A stretch of 64,000 bases of DNA from Candidatus Latescibacterota bacterium. GTDB taxonomy: Bacteria; Latescibacterota; UBA2968; UBA8231. Positions 1 to 9,670 of this stretch are shown here, piece by piece. The notes under the pieces were generated by a model that was given only the letters and a program-made list of their open reading frames with translations, searched no databases and was not told the DNA's origin. A program made the translations under genes and the position numbers. The stretch lies in contig CBDAOB010000002.1 in NCBI GenBank assembly GCA_965197905.1, positions 384,001 through 448,000 of the forward strand, given 5' to 3'. Each line of letters opens with the position of its first letter. Position 1 is the first letter of the stretch.

Positions 1-96
1 CGACAGCAATTCCGCGCCGGTGCGGTGTTTGTAAAGGAACGCCTCGGTCTGTAGTTCACCGATTTTTTCTTGTCGTTGCAGTTCGAATTGGTGCAT
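1..96 (-). CDS. N-terminus of an M16C (insulinase/PreP-like) metallopeptidase; runs off the window edge
   Basis: Manual translation MHQFELQRQEKIGELQTEAFLYKHRTGAELLS resembles PreP-type N-termini; GAGG Shine-Dalgarno just upstream. Confidence 0.7.
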   Translation of the reverse strand, partial: MHQFELQRQEKIGELQTEAFLYKHRTGAELLS

Positions 97-174
97 GGAT
101 CCTCGTAGCGATTAGATACCCGCACAGGGGTGGACACTAGTACTAAAATAGCCGCATGGGATCAACTGGCAGGT

Positions 175-1323
175 TCACGCAGGTGCAATCTTTCCAAGAA
201 TGACCGCACGCTGAGCCCCGGTGGCGGATGGCACGTTCCCAGTTTGACCGGCGATGGTTTCGTTCGCCAATACCGCAAACGCCAGCGCCTCGCGCGCACC
301 TGGATCGATGCCCAACCCGGTGAACGAATCCACCTTCAGTTCAGATAACCCCTCGGTCAGATGACGCACCAGCGTTTTGTTGTAAGCCCCACCACCACCC
401 AACCAGAGCTCGTGCATTTCACGCATGACGAAGCGGTTTATTCCGCGAATGATCGACTCGGAGGTAAAGGCTGTGAGCGTTGCCAGCATGTCTTCGGGAA
501 CGAGAGTCACCTCTTTCAGCAGCGCCTTGAAGTACGTAACGCCAAACTCCTCCCTGCCGGTGGACTTGGGCGGCTGCCGGTGCAAAAACTCGTGTCTCAA
601 CAGGCGTTCCAGAAACTCTTGGTCGATCTGTCCGCGGCCGGCCCAACGGCCATCCCGATCGAACCGCTCTTCGCCACTGGAATAATGGTTCACCGCGGCA
701 TCTATCAGCATGTTTCCCGGACCCAGGTCGAACGCGGTTACCTGTTCTCGAGATCCACCGGCCGGCAGCACCGTCACATTGGAGATCCCGCCAATGTTTA
801 ACAGCAGCCGACCCTTCTCTTCGTCGTTGAACAGCAGATAGTCTGCAAGGGGAACGAGGGGCGCCCCCTGTCCTCCCACCGCCATGTCGGCGGGTCGGAA
901 GTCGCCGACCGTGGTGATTCTGGCTCGCTGCGCGATCACCGAGATGTCGCCGATCTGTAGGGTCGACGGCGGCGTTCCGCCGGGAAGGTGACGCACGGTC
1001 TGACCGTGAGAGCCGATGAGATCCACCTGCTCCACGCGCAAGCCCACGTTGGATATGATCTGGATGGCCGCCGCCGCGAACGCTTCTCCGACGGCTGCGT
1101 TGAGCTCGCATAGGTCGTCCAGGTTTGCGGTCGGCTCGAACAGTTGGAAGATCCTTTTGCGAACCTCCTGTTCGTAGCTGACGGTCTCGAATCCGAGCAT
1201 GTGGAAGCGGGTTGCAGCTCCCGATCCCTCTAGCACGCATAACACTGCGTCGATGCCGTCTACCGAGGTCCCGGAGATCATGCCTAGGACAGTCCTTCGG
1301 AGCTTTGCACCTACCGCGTTCAT
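175..1323 (-). CDS. anmK: Anhydro-N-acetylmuramic acid kinase
   Basis: Motifs GMISGTSVDGIDA, IGSHGQT, GGQGAPLVP, LNIGGISN, DLGPGN, PPKSTGRE, EALAFA. Confidence 0.95.
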   Translation of the reverse strand: MNAVGAKLRRTVLGMISGTSVDGIDAVLCVLEGSGAATRFHMLGFETVSYEQEVRKRIFQLFEPTANLDDLCELNAAVGEAFAAAAIQIISNVGLRVEQVDLIGSHGQTVRHLPGGTPPSTLQIGDISVIAQRARITTVGDFRPADMAVGGQGAPLVPLADYLLFNDEEKGRLLLNIGGISNVTVLPAGGSREQVTAFDLGPGNMLIDAAVNHYSSGEERFDRDGRWAGRGQIDQEFLERLLRHEFLHRQPPKSTGREEFGVTYFKALLKEVTLVPEDMLATLTAFTSESIIRGINRFVMREMHELWLGGGGAYNKTLVRHLTEGLSELKVDSFTGLGIDPGAREALAFAVLANETIAGQTGNVPSATGAQRAVILGKIAPA

Positions 1324-2753
1324 GAAAGGGCCTTGCGGTTTCCGACGAGGGCGATGAGCCCGAAGAGGGTGGCGTAGACCAGAGCGAAGCGGCCGTTGAC
1401 CATTGAGCCGTCACTGACTCCGAGTGCGGCCATTGCGATGATCACAGCGGTCGCGGCGGCAGCAAACGCGCGCACGTGCGGCTCTTCGGCGTTCTTGAAG
1501 GTCTGGCGCGCCAGTCGCAGCACACTCCACAGCAGCCAGAGGAACGCGAGCGTACCGATCAGTCCGCTCTTTACTAGCAAGCTCAGGTAGAGACTGTCGA
1601 GAGTCCAGGTGGTCATGTTCTCGAAACGTTTTATGTCCTCGTTGAACATCGGCACGTCTAGCGTGGTGCCCTGGCCGAGACCCGTCACCGGATGTTCGGC
1701 GAACGCTCCTATCGCCAAGCGATAGGATTGCAGCCTGCCGAGAACGTGTACATCGCGTTCGAAATCCACGAAAGTGCGGGAGCGCTCTAGGGCGTGGGCC
1801 CCGATGGCGGCTCCAGTAACGCGTTGGAAGAGGAAAACCGTCGTTCCCCACAGAACCAGGACACCGAACACCAGCATCACCGCCCGTCCTACCCGCCGTC
1901 CCTGTCCCTCACCTCCCACGTAACGCAACAGGATGGAGGCCACGAGTCCGATAGCAAAAGCGACCCACATCCCCCGGCCGACCGTCAACACGAACGCGAG
2001 GCCCATGGGCACAGCCAGAGCCGCCAGCATCCAACGGCTGTACCGCCCGGGATCGTGCAGATACTGGTTTACCAGGAATAGCAATCCGATCGGCAGCGAC
2101 AATCCTTGCAGACGTGCGACCCGCTTGAAGCGACTGCCCATCGAGAGATCGATGGCACCGACGAATTCCAGGATGTATTCGAAGCTGACCGCCAGTCCGG
2201 CAAGCACGAGCACCGGCACAAAAACACGCAACGCCGTGTTGCGATCGACGAAGGAAGTCACCAGAAAGATAGCGGCGTAGTACAGCGGAAACCGGACGTC
2301 CCTCAGCACCAACGACAGCGAATTCCCGTTTAGCAATCCGACACCTGCCGACAGCAGGGCAGCGAGAAGGAAAACCGCGACGGCGCCGTCGAGTGGGCCG
2401 CGACGACAATGCAGCTGTCGATACATCAGTAGATCGATCGCAGCGAAAACAAAGGCCGCTATCAAAATTGCTTCGTGGAAGCGGAAGCCCCCCGGCAGCA
2501 CCAGGGCCCCGAGCATCTTGGCCGGCAGGATGATGGTCAACGCCAGCAGTGCCAGCAGAGTCCGTTCCACCGAAAACGCCACCAGCGCCAGGAACACCAG
2601 CTGCCCACTGATCAACCAGGTATAGTTGACCGAAAACAGCGAGGGCAGGACGATCAACATCACTTGGGCTGCGCAGACCAACGCCAGCAAACCGTTGCTG
2701 TACGGCGACAGTGACACCATCGGGATACGGGTCGTGTTCACGATCGGCGCCAC
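1320..2753 (-). CDS. O-antigen ligase/Wzy_C family polytopic membrane protein
   Basis: About 12 hydrophobic segments; TVGRGMW, R...HPVTGLGQG and DSLYLSLLVKSGLIG match the WaaL-family pattern. Confidence 0.8.
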   Translation of the reverse strand: MAPIVNTTRIPMVSLSPYSNGLLALVCAAQVMLIVLPSLFSVNYTWLISGQLVFLALVAFSVERTLLALLALTIILPAKMLGALVLPGGFRFHEAILIAAFVFAAIDLLMYRQLHCRRGPLDGAVAVFLLAALLSAGVGLLNGNSLSLVLRDVRFPLYYAAIFLVTSFVDRNTALRVFVPVLVLAGLAVSFEYILEFVGAIDLSMGSRFKRVARLQGLSLPIGLLFLVNQYLHDPGRYSRWMLAALAVPMGLAFVLTVGRGMWVAFAIGLVASILLRYVGGEGQGRRVGRAVMLVFGVLVLWGTTVFLFQRVTGAAIGAHALERSRTFVDFERDVHVLGRLQSYRLAIGAFAEHPVTGLGQGTTLDVPMFNEDIKRFENMTTWTLDSLYLSLLVKSGLIGTLAFLWLLWSVLRLARQTFKNAEEPHVRAFAAAATAVIIAMAALGVSDGSMVNGRFALVYATLFGLIALVGNRKALS

Positions 2754-3934
2754 TTCGAGACGAGATGGTTGATCGACCAGGCGGCCGGCACCATGAGCAC
2801 CGCATCAACCGGAAGCCGGAAGCGGGTATGGGCGAAGAAGAGGGCATGCACGATGGATAGGGACAACGCCAAAGCCGCTATCGGCCAAGCGATCGGATGC
2901 CGGCGCAGTTGCCAGGTACCCCAGGCGCCGAGCCCGACGACAGGAAGGTAGCTCAACACCGCGACCAGATTTCGTAGGCGCGATTCTCCTGAAACGATCG
3001 GGCTCCAGAGTAGAAGCAGCTTTCGCAGACCCAGCTCCAAGGTTCGGCCAGGGGCCGCAGCCATGCGGGAGATCATCTCCCGCAGCGCCGCCCGCTCGCG
3101 GCTGACGGCATCTGGTTGAGTTCCGGTCATGCGGTGCAGCAAGCCAACATAGTCGGCGCCGTCGCGATACACCCCTCGCGCTTCCGGCTCGTGACCTACC
3201 AGAAGATTCATGCCGGCGTTGGAGGAAATCGGCACCAAGTAGCCGGTTACCGCGTAGTTCCGCATCGTCCAGGGAGCGATCGCCAGGCAGAGCGCGGCGA
3301 CAATGGCCATCACATGTCTACCAGTCGCCCGTCTTGCTCCGCCATCGGGTGTAACCCATCCAGGCCAAACCAGCAGTCCACCTGCCAACAATACCGCCCA
3401 CCCGAGCATGACCGGCTTGCAAAGAGCCCCGAGGCCAAGGGAAACCCCCAGCGCGGCCGCGCGACGGACCGACGGTTCGTTCTGGAACTCAAGAGTGAGG
3501 TAGAGGGAGAGCACGGCGAGCAGAATCAACAGGGTCTCCACCATCAACACGCCCGCAAAGAATACAAAGAGCGGATAGACACCTCCCATTACCGCTGCAA
3601 TCAGTCCAACCCGCTCGCAGTCGACGTGACGCCCGATCAAAAAGAGTAAACCACAGGTGAGGGTGCTCAGTACTGCTTGCAAGACCCGGACGACTTCGAC
3701 GTCGGATCCGGCGACATAAAAAACGGTGGCGAGAAACAGCCCGTAGAGGGGTGGACGATATGTTCCGATGTCTGGGTGCATCGGTCCCAGATTCACAAAA
3801 TGTTGGGCAAGGCGCACCCAGTGGGTTTCGTCGGCAGACGCTTCCATGCCCGATCTCGAGATGCCAAAACCGAGACGGAGCAACAGAGCTAAAACCAGGA
3901 CGATTCCCAGCGCTCTATACCTCAAACCTCTCAT
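2738..3934 (-). CDS. GT-C fold glycosyltransferase (GT39/ArnT/PMT-like)
   Basis: DE motif after TM1, YRPPLY, ETL, PWTMRNY and RFRLP motifs; multiple TM helices. Confidence 0.8.
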   Translation of the reverse strand: MRGLRYRALGIVLVLALLLRLGFGISRSGMEASADETHWVRLAQHFVNLGPMHPDIGTYRPPLYGLFLATVFYVAGSDVEVVRVLQAVLSTLTCGLLFLIGRHVDCERVGLIAAVMGGVYPLFVFFAGVLMVETLLILLAVLSLYLTLEFQNEPSVRRAAALGVSLGLGALCKPVMLGWAVLLAGGLLVWPGWVTPDGGARRATGRHVMAIVAALCLAIAPWTMRNYAVTGYLVPISSNAGMNLLVGHEPEARGVYRDGADYVGLLHRMTGTQPDAVSRERAALREMISRMAAAPGRTLELGLRKLLLLWSPIVSGESRLRNLVAVLSYLPVVGLGAWGTWQLRRHPIAWPIAALALSLSIVHALFFAHTRFRLPVDAVLMVPAAWSINHLVSKWRRS

Positions 3935-3935
3935 C

Positions 3936-4598
3936 CTATATGTCTGGTTTGCGAGCTACCAGGAGAAAGTTCCAGCAGTCGCTCTCTACCCGGTGAATCC
4001 GGTCGAAAGCCCACGCCAACAGCTGCACCACCGCGTAGAGCGGCAACAGCACCGGCTTCATCCCTATTTTCTCGAACTGCTGCAGGTAGTAGCAGAAGCG
4101 GGTGCCCGCAGTCACCCAGTAGCCGGCCATCGCTTCCACTTTTACCGTGTTCAAACCGGCTTTCCCTGCCAGGTGGGTCAACCCGAAGTTGGTGAAGCGA
4201 AAATAGTCGTTTGGCTCCTCGTGGATTCCCCAAATGTGCGGCGCGGAGAGAATGAGATGCCCGTTCGGTCTCAACACCCTGCCGATCTCTCGGAACATCG
4301 CCGCCGGTTCGGAAACATGTTCCAGCACCTGTGCACAGAAAACCGTCTCGAAGCATTCGTCGCAAAAAGGCAACTCGATGCTGCTACCCCATAAGTCGGG
4401 AGGTGTATCACGATAGCGGGAGCGATCGTATTCGATGCCGAGGCAGGAAGAGGCCTGTTTCTGTTGCAGATCCAGATAAGGTTTGCGCCCGCAACCCACA
4501 TCCAGCAACCGACCGCGCGCGAAGTCTACCACAGAGCGGTGCAGGTGCTGCCGGCATAACCGGTTCACCAGCCAGTTGACCGAAAAGGGTGAGCCCAT
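3936..4598 (-). CDS. Class I SAM-dependent methyltransferase
   Basis: LLDVGCG, QVLEHV, RVLRPNG, HEEPNDYFRFT. Start trimmed to the ATG at 4598 to avoid overlap with the upstream gene. Confidence 0.85.
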   Translation of the reverse strand: MGSPFSVNWLVNRLCRQHLHRSVVDFARGRLLDVGCGRKPYLDLQQKQASSCLGIEYDRSRYRDTPPDLWGSSIELPFCDECFETVFCAQVLEHVSEPAAMFREIGRVLRPNGHLILSAPHIWGIHEEPNDYFRFTNFGLTHLAGKAGLNTVKVEAMAGYWVTAGTRFCYYLQQFEKIGMKPVLLPLYAVVQLLAWAFDRIHRVESDCWNFLLVARKPDI

Positions 4599-4609
4599 TA
4601 CTCCCGGTC

Positions 4610-5722
4610 TTATTGGCGATCCCGGGCGGTATGGGTGAAGTAGTCGGTAATGTGTCCTTCGCCGTCGACGACGAAAGCGCCCGGATAGCGAATCGCAGTG
4701 GGGCAGACGTGACCTGGCACAGCCAGCAAATAGCCGCCGACGGTTGGCGCTTCGCCCGGCCAGTCGAATACACCATGCTCCTCGTTCTGAAGCTGCAGCT
4801 TGGCTTCCCGGTGTCCTAGAAGGCGAGCCCGTTTTTCGAGCGGAGTGTCGGCCGGGATCGCTTTGCTGCCCAGGTCGGTGGTTACCATTTGGTGCTGGGG
4901 GTAGACCTCCACGATCTGAGTGAGAACGCATGCGGACCACCTGAAAGGCATGTCCACGAGAAGGTCTCCGTACCCGGTGTCCCAGTAGGTGCAGGTTCCG
5001 GGGGAGCCGAACATGCCCTCGGCACGGGCGTAATAGGGAAAGGTCCAGGTGTTGCCGGCAACGATCTTGGGAACCGACAGGCCGCCGCGTTCGAGGCTGG
5101 CCTTGAGCGCCTGCAACTCACCCACGTGGCGTTGCGAGGTTTGTTCCCGCTCTGTCGGATCGGTGATATGTTCGTGGCCGTCGTACCAGTGTAGACCCGA
5201 AGCCCGCAAGAACTCGGCGCGATCGATCTGGCGATAGAGATCTTCCGTCGCGTGACCCATGGCCACACCAGTTCGGTGCATCCCCGAGTCTACGTCCACC
5301 ATGACGTTCAGCTGTTGTCGCTTCGACCTACTAACCCGATCGAGGAGCTCGAAATGCAGAGACGCGCTGGCGATGGCATTTACGGTCGCTTCACCGTGAG
5401 TGCCACACAGATCGCAAAGGCGTTCCACCTTCAGTTGCTGAACCAGCGGGTACGCCATCACTACGTCCCGGGCGCCGGCATCCAACACCATCTCCAGTTC
5501 CTTCAAGGTCGCACATTTGAAACCAGCTACTCCCCGTTCCATCTGGCGATGCACCACCTGAGCCGACTTGTGGGTCTTTACATGTGGCATCAGGTTCTGT
5601 GGCCCGCCTGCCAATTCGAAGGTGGTTTCCAGATTGTGGTTCAACTGATTCTCGAACACCACCATGGCCGGTGTTTCCAGAGCATCCGGATTGGCAACTT
5701 TGTATCCTTCGTACTCGATCAT
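4610..5722 (-). CDS. D-threonine aldolase/D-serine dehydratase-like PLP enzyme (alanine racemase fold)
   Basis: PHVKTHKS (PLP lysine), MHRTG, YDGH, DLGSKA, NEEHG, PGHVCPT. Confidence 0.9.
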   Translation of the reverse strand: MIEYEGYKVANPDALETPAMVVFENQLNHNLETTFELAGGPQNLMPHVKTHKSAQVVHRQMERGVAGFKCATLKELEMVLDAGARDVVMAYPLVQQLKVERLCDLCGTHGEATVNAIASASLHFELLDRVSRSKRQQLNVMVDVDSGMHRTGVAMGHATEDLYRQIDRAEFLRASGLHWYDGHEHITDPTEREQTSQRHVGELQALKASLERGGLSVPKIVAGNTWTFPYYARAEGMFGSPGTCTYWDTGYGDLLVDMPFRWSACVLTQIVEVYPQHQMVTTDLGSKAIPADTPLEKRARLLGHREAKLQLQNEEHGVFDWPGEAPTVGGYLLAVPGHVCPTAIRYPGAFVVDGEGHITDYFTHTARDRQ

Positions 5723-5738
5723 TGTTTGCTCCCGTGCA

Positions 5739-6641
5739 CTACGGTATTTCCAGTCGCTCGCGAAAGATCTCGTCGGGGTTGCCGTTTAGGCGCCAGTACG
5801 GCTCGCGAATAGATTTTACCAACTCGCCGCTACCGCCGTGGGAATCCTGCCACCCCAGAATCTTCCTCGGAGGGGCGTCCTCCACCCATACGGTCTTCGT
5901 TGTACCGCCCGCCGACCAGGTCCACGGAACGGCGGCGTACTCCGTACCCGAGACCGTCTTGAGGACTGCCTCACCTTTCTCGATCCGGGCATCTGCCAGC
6001 CTGTGCGGCCGGTGTTCCATGCGAAAGGACCAGAGACTCGGCAGAAGCCGCATATCGCGGGTTTCCCCCGGTTCCATCCATGGCCCGGCCAACTCGCGAA
6101 TTCGGATCAACAGGTGATCCTCCGCCTCGAAGCGGTCGGGCAGCTCGATCTGGTAGTCGGTGCGGCCTTCGCTCTCGAAATAGCTGTTCAAGGCGCCGTC
6201 GAGCCGACCGTTCCGTATGCGACTTTCATCGAAAACGTGTCCACACCATTCCTGCGCGCTCAAAGTAACCTTGCACAGCTCGAAACCGTGCCCGCGCTCA
6301 TATCCTTCCACCGCGCTGAACACCGAGGTCATCACGGAATAGTCGTAGATGCCGGTGTTGAACTTCAAAACGTTGTTGAGCTTCAGCACGTAGATGCGCT
6401 GGTCTGCTGGCTGCGGGGATTCCACCTTGATCAGCGTTTGGCGATTGAGCTCTTCGGTGACGAAGATCAACACCCCATAGCCCCTGCGCTGCTCCCCGTA
6501 GCGTGGCTGGACCACCGTATAGCTGGATATCTCGGCCTGACCGTCGCCCCAATGGGCGTAAAATTCGGACGAGTCGCCGTAGGTCGGCGCGACGGCGACG
6601 GTGGCAGAAACGGCTAACACCAACAAGAACGCAAGGATCAT
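5739..6641 (-). CDS. Secreted hypothetical protein
   Basis: N-terminal signal peptide; family-like motifs WGDGQAEISSY, RYGE, IFVTE, TGIYDYS, QEWCG; function unknown. Confidence 0.7.
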   Translation of the reverse strand: MILAFLLVLAVSATVAVAPTYGDSSEFYAHWGDGQAEISSYTVVQPRYGEQRRGYGVLIFVTEELNRQTLIKVESPQPADQRIYVLKLNNVLKFNTGIYDYSVMTSVFSAVEGYERGHGFELCKVTLSAQEWCGHVFDESRIRNGRLDGALNSYFESEGRTDYQIELPDRFEAEDHLLIRIRELAGPWMEPGETRDMRLLPSLWSFRMEHRPHRLADARIEKGEAVLKTVSGTEYAAVPWTWSAGGTTKTVWVEDAPPRKILGWQDSHGGSGELVKSIREPYWRLNGNPDEIFRERLEIP

Positions 6642-6654
6642 ATTGAACCTGCAA

Positions 6655-7161
6655 TCAGTCTATTCGCGTGTTCGGATCCACCCGCAGAAACCACATCTCG
6701 TAAATCGGAATCAGAATGCAAAGCAACATGGTGATGCCCAGCAATGCAGAGTTGAGCGGCGCCAGCGCGGCGAACGGATCCCCGCCGTAGCGGATGAGCC
6801 ATGGTTTCGCGATGTCCAGAACGATATAGGCGAAACAGGAGCTGATCACGAATGTCTTGCTGCGCCGGCCCCATGCGCTGAGCAGGAAGAGATGGCCGGT
6901 GGTCACGAATACCAGGGGCATCATGAAGAGATGGTAATGGCTGGTCTCCATCAACTCGGGTATCTCTTTGGCGAAAACCATTCCATCTTCCGTGCCCTGA
7001 TAATACTCGGCGGCGCCCACTGAGGTCAGACTGGTTCGTTGGTAGGTCATCAGGATGGAAACACCGGTCGCCACCAGCATCAGCACCAGAAAGAAGGTCA
7101 TGATCAGCTTGGTGTGGAAATCCATTCGCGCTAGCTGCGAACGATTGGTAAAATATTTCAT
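6655..7161 (-). CDS. Small polytopic membrane protein with His residues, possibly heme b-binding
   Basis: About 4 TM helices; SHYHLFMM and TGHLF histidines in or next to a helix. Confidence 0.6.
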   Translation of the reverse strand: MKYFTNRSQLARMDFHTKLIMTFFLVLMLVATGVSILMTYQRTSLTSVGAAEYYQGTEDGMVFAKEIPELMETSHYHLFMMPLVFVTTGHLFLLSAWGRRSKTFVISSCFAYIVLDIAKPWLIRYGGDPFAALAPLNSALLGITMLLCILIPIYEMWFLRVDPNTRID

Positions 7162-7192
7162 CGCGAAGGCTAATCTCGAGTCGAACCCTGGA

Positions 7193-7756
7193 TTAGGGAC
7201 TTGATGCAGGACCGTACAGCTGCGTTACGAGGTAAACCGATTCCCTGACGCCCCTGTTGAGCGTCCGCACGGAGAGGGTTGCTCCGGTGATATTGATGAT
7301 GTCCCTGTTGATGCGGACCGGATCGCTCGTCCTCTTCCCTCTGTACTGGCGGAGGAAGCGTGCGCGCCGAACCTCACCACCGCGGCTTTCCCGGTAAACC
7401 AGAACGGCGACATCCTTTATGCGGAAGTCGCGGGTTACACCCACCATGAAGGTGATCGGGCGGTACTTGCCGATTTCGTTGAGCAGAACGGAGTATCCCA
7501 GCTGTTTTCCATCTTCGGCGTAAGCAATATAAAGCTGCAGACTGTCAGCGGCAAAGCTTTCGATTCGGTTTGCCCGTCCCCGGGAACGAGGTAGGGGCAC
7601 CGTTGTCACCTCGTGATATTCCGCCTTCGGGAAGATCTTCGAGCGTGCCTGCTCGGGCGTGAGATAGACGCGAATAGAGCCAATCTCTGCCGCCGTCGGC
7701 ATCTCCTCGCCGACAGCCGCTGCGGATAGAAGCAAGATCGATAGGACCGCGAACAT
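7193..7756 (-). CDS. Exported FMN-binding domain protein (flavinylation target)
   Basis: Signal peptide; GKYRPITFMVGV, YRESRGGEV and DIINITGATLS containing the [S/T]GA[S/T] flavinylation motif. Confidence 0.85.
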   Translation of the reverse strand: MFAVLSILLLSAAAVGEEMPTAAEIGSIRVYLTPEQARSKIFPKAEYHEVTTVPLPRSRGRANRIESFAADSLQLYIAYAEDGKQLGYSVLLNEIGKYRPITFMVGVTRDFRIKDVAVLVYRESRGGEVRRARFLRQYRGKRTSDPVRINRDIINITGATLSVRTLNRGVRESVYLVTQLYGPASSP

Positions 7757-7776
7757 GACTGGAAGAGAACCGGGGT

Positions 7777-8884
7777 CTAGAAGTAAGACGCGACGGAGAG
7801 GATGAGCCCGTTGCTGTCGTCATCCTGATCGTAGATCTCGTAGTCCAGCTTGATGACGGTCTCCTCCTCCGGACGGAAGTTCACCCCGAAGGTGTACCTG
7901 GTTTCGTCGCTCGAGTCGAGGTCGATGTGATCGTACCGCGCTACAGCGGTGAAGATGGAGTTGGGGAAGGCCGCCATGGCCCCGGGCAAAAAGTGATATC
8001 CGACCTGGCCGTAGACACCGAACTGGGAATCATCCGCGGTGCCGTCGATGGAAGCGGTGGCGTACTCGCCCAGGATATCGACCGGCCCGCGGGTATATGT
8101 AGCGTCCAGGGCGAAGATGGCCAGGCTTTCGTCGCCCGCATCATCGTAGGCTCCGGAGTGAAACGAGCCGCCGATGTCGAGGCCGAGGAACGGGCTGTAG
8201 TTTATGCGGCCGACAATCGACTTCTCCTCGTTGTTGTCAGTCTTCTGGCTTCCTCTGCCCGCGCGGATACCCACCGAGCCGTCGGCATTAACAAGCCCGG
8301 CGTTGAAGCCATTGACCACGTAGAATTCGTATCCCACAACCGACGCCTCGCTGGGGTAAAGGGTGCCGAAGAACCCCATGCCCGACTCGGACAAAGTGGT
8401 CGGCACGATCTGCCGTGCCACCAGCGGCCGGTTGGTCAAATCGTTCAGCGGGCTGTCGTGGCTCAGATTGAATTTACCCAGCGGGGAGAGAATGACTCCG
8501 CCGCGATAAGTCAGCCACTCGGCGAAGGTGATGTCCAGCGTTGCGAACTCCAGTTTGACTTCACCGTCGGAGTTGCCCGACCCCTATGACCAGACCGCCG
8601 TGTTCGAATTCGACCTCGGCGGTGACGTGGATTCTATCAGACACTTCCCCGTGAATGAACGGAATAAACCGGTGCTGGTCGAAGGTCTTCTTCTTGTCGG
8701 TCCAGAACAGCTCGTGGTCGATGTAACCGCCCAGGCTAGTTCCCTTGCCGCCTCTGGCAATATACGGCTTGTCGTAGACCCCGCCGGAAACAGCGGGTCT
8801 CTGATCCTCTGCCCCTACCTGAACGGAAACGGCGAGTCTGGATACGGCAAGTGCCCATGCCAAGCTGTTGATCTTCGCGAGCAT
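7777..8884 (-). CDS. Outer-membrane porin-like beta-barrel; one-base frameshift near 8581-8584
   Basis: ORFs 8561-8884 and 7777-8439 join into one protein (EVEFEHGG..GEVKLEFA..GKFNLSHDSP..RPLV) if one base is removed from the C4 run; C-terminus ends SVASYF. Confidence 0.8.
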
Positions 8885-9185
8885 TTGCGACTACCTCCTT
8901 TAGGTTTCGGCCTGGTTGCCGATGGTGAAAAAGGGTTACTGACGATTTTGCCACACGAATCGAGAGAAGTTTTAGTCTATTAGCTGGGACATGATTCCCC
9001 CGGTTAGCTGTGGCATGCACGGCACAGACGTATGCTATGGTATCTTTACGTTTGGTATACAATATAAATGTTTGATTAACCATACAAACGTCCTGCATAC
9101 TAACCTAAAAGCGAGCAGTCGTCAAGTGATCTTCGTAACCTGTTGTGAAAAGAGTTGCGTAGCCAGACATCAGTAGGGCAAGACA

Positions 9186-9213
9186 TTGACAAGTTTTGTA
9201 AACCGAATATGTT
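9186..9213 (+). promoter_or_regulatory. Sigma70-type promoter for feoAB
   Basis: TTGACA-N16-TATGTT in an AT-rich divergent intergenic region. Confidence 0.55.
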
Positions 9214-9230
9214 TTCTACTTGCCAATCGT

Positions 9231-9250
9231 TTGTTTGGCGTGCCAAACAA
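9231..9250. promoter_or_regulatory. Palindromic operator, candidate metal-repressor site
   Basis: TTGTTTGGC-GT-GCCAAACAA, perfect 9-bp arms, just downstream of the predicted promoter. Confidence 0.55.
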
Positions 9251-9358
9251 TGGTCGTCCCAGTTGCAACTTTTGAAAATGTACCGCTTCTTTGACCGGCG
9301 GTATGCTTCTTGCTATTTCCGCTGTTACCAATCGGTTCCTCACGGAACGAGATAACGT

Positions 9359-9658
9359 ATGAGGTTATTTCATCGCGGTTCATCCGCAAGCTCACCCTCC
9401 GGAAGTGGGAGTGAGGGACCCTTGTCCTCATGGCAGCGCGGTCGCGAGGCGGTTATCACCGCCGTCGCTGGAACGACCCGTTTGGCGGCACGATTGCGAG
9501 AGATCGGTGTTGTTCCTGGCGTAAAGCTCAAGCTGTTGAGGACCGGCACCAGAATCGTTTTTCAAGTGGGAGAATCCCGATATTGCCTGCGGCGGTGCGA
9601 CGCGGAGACGATTCAGGTATGCGCCATATCTAGCGAGAGCGACCCATTCGCCCGTTGA
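9359..9658 (+). CDS. feoA: Ferrous iron transport protein A
   Basis: RLREIGVVPG..LR..A SH3-like FeoA pattern, directly upstream of feoB. Confidence 0.85.
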   Translation: MRLFHRGSSASSPSGSGSEGPLSSWQRGREAVITAVAGTTRLAARLREIGVVPGVKLKLLRTGTRIVFQVGESRYCLRRCDAETIQVCAISSESDPFAR

Positions 9659-9670
9659 TTCGTCTCTGGG

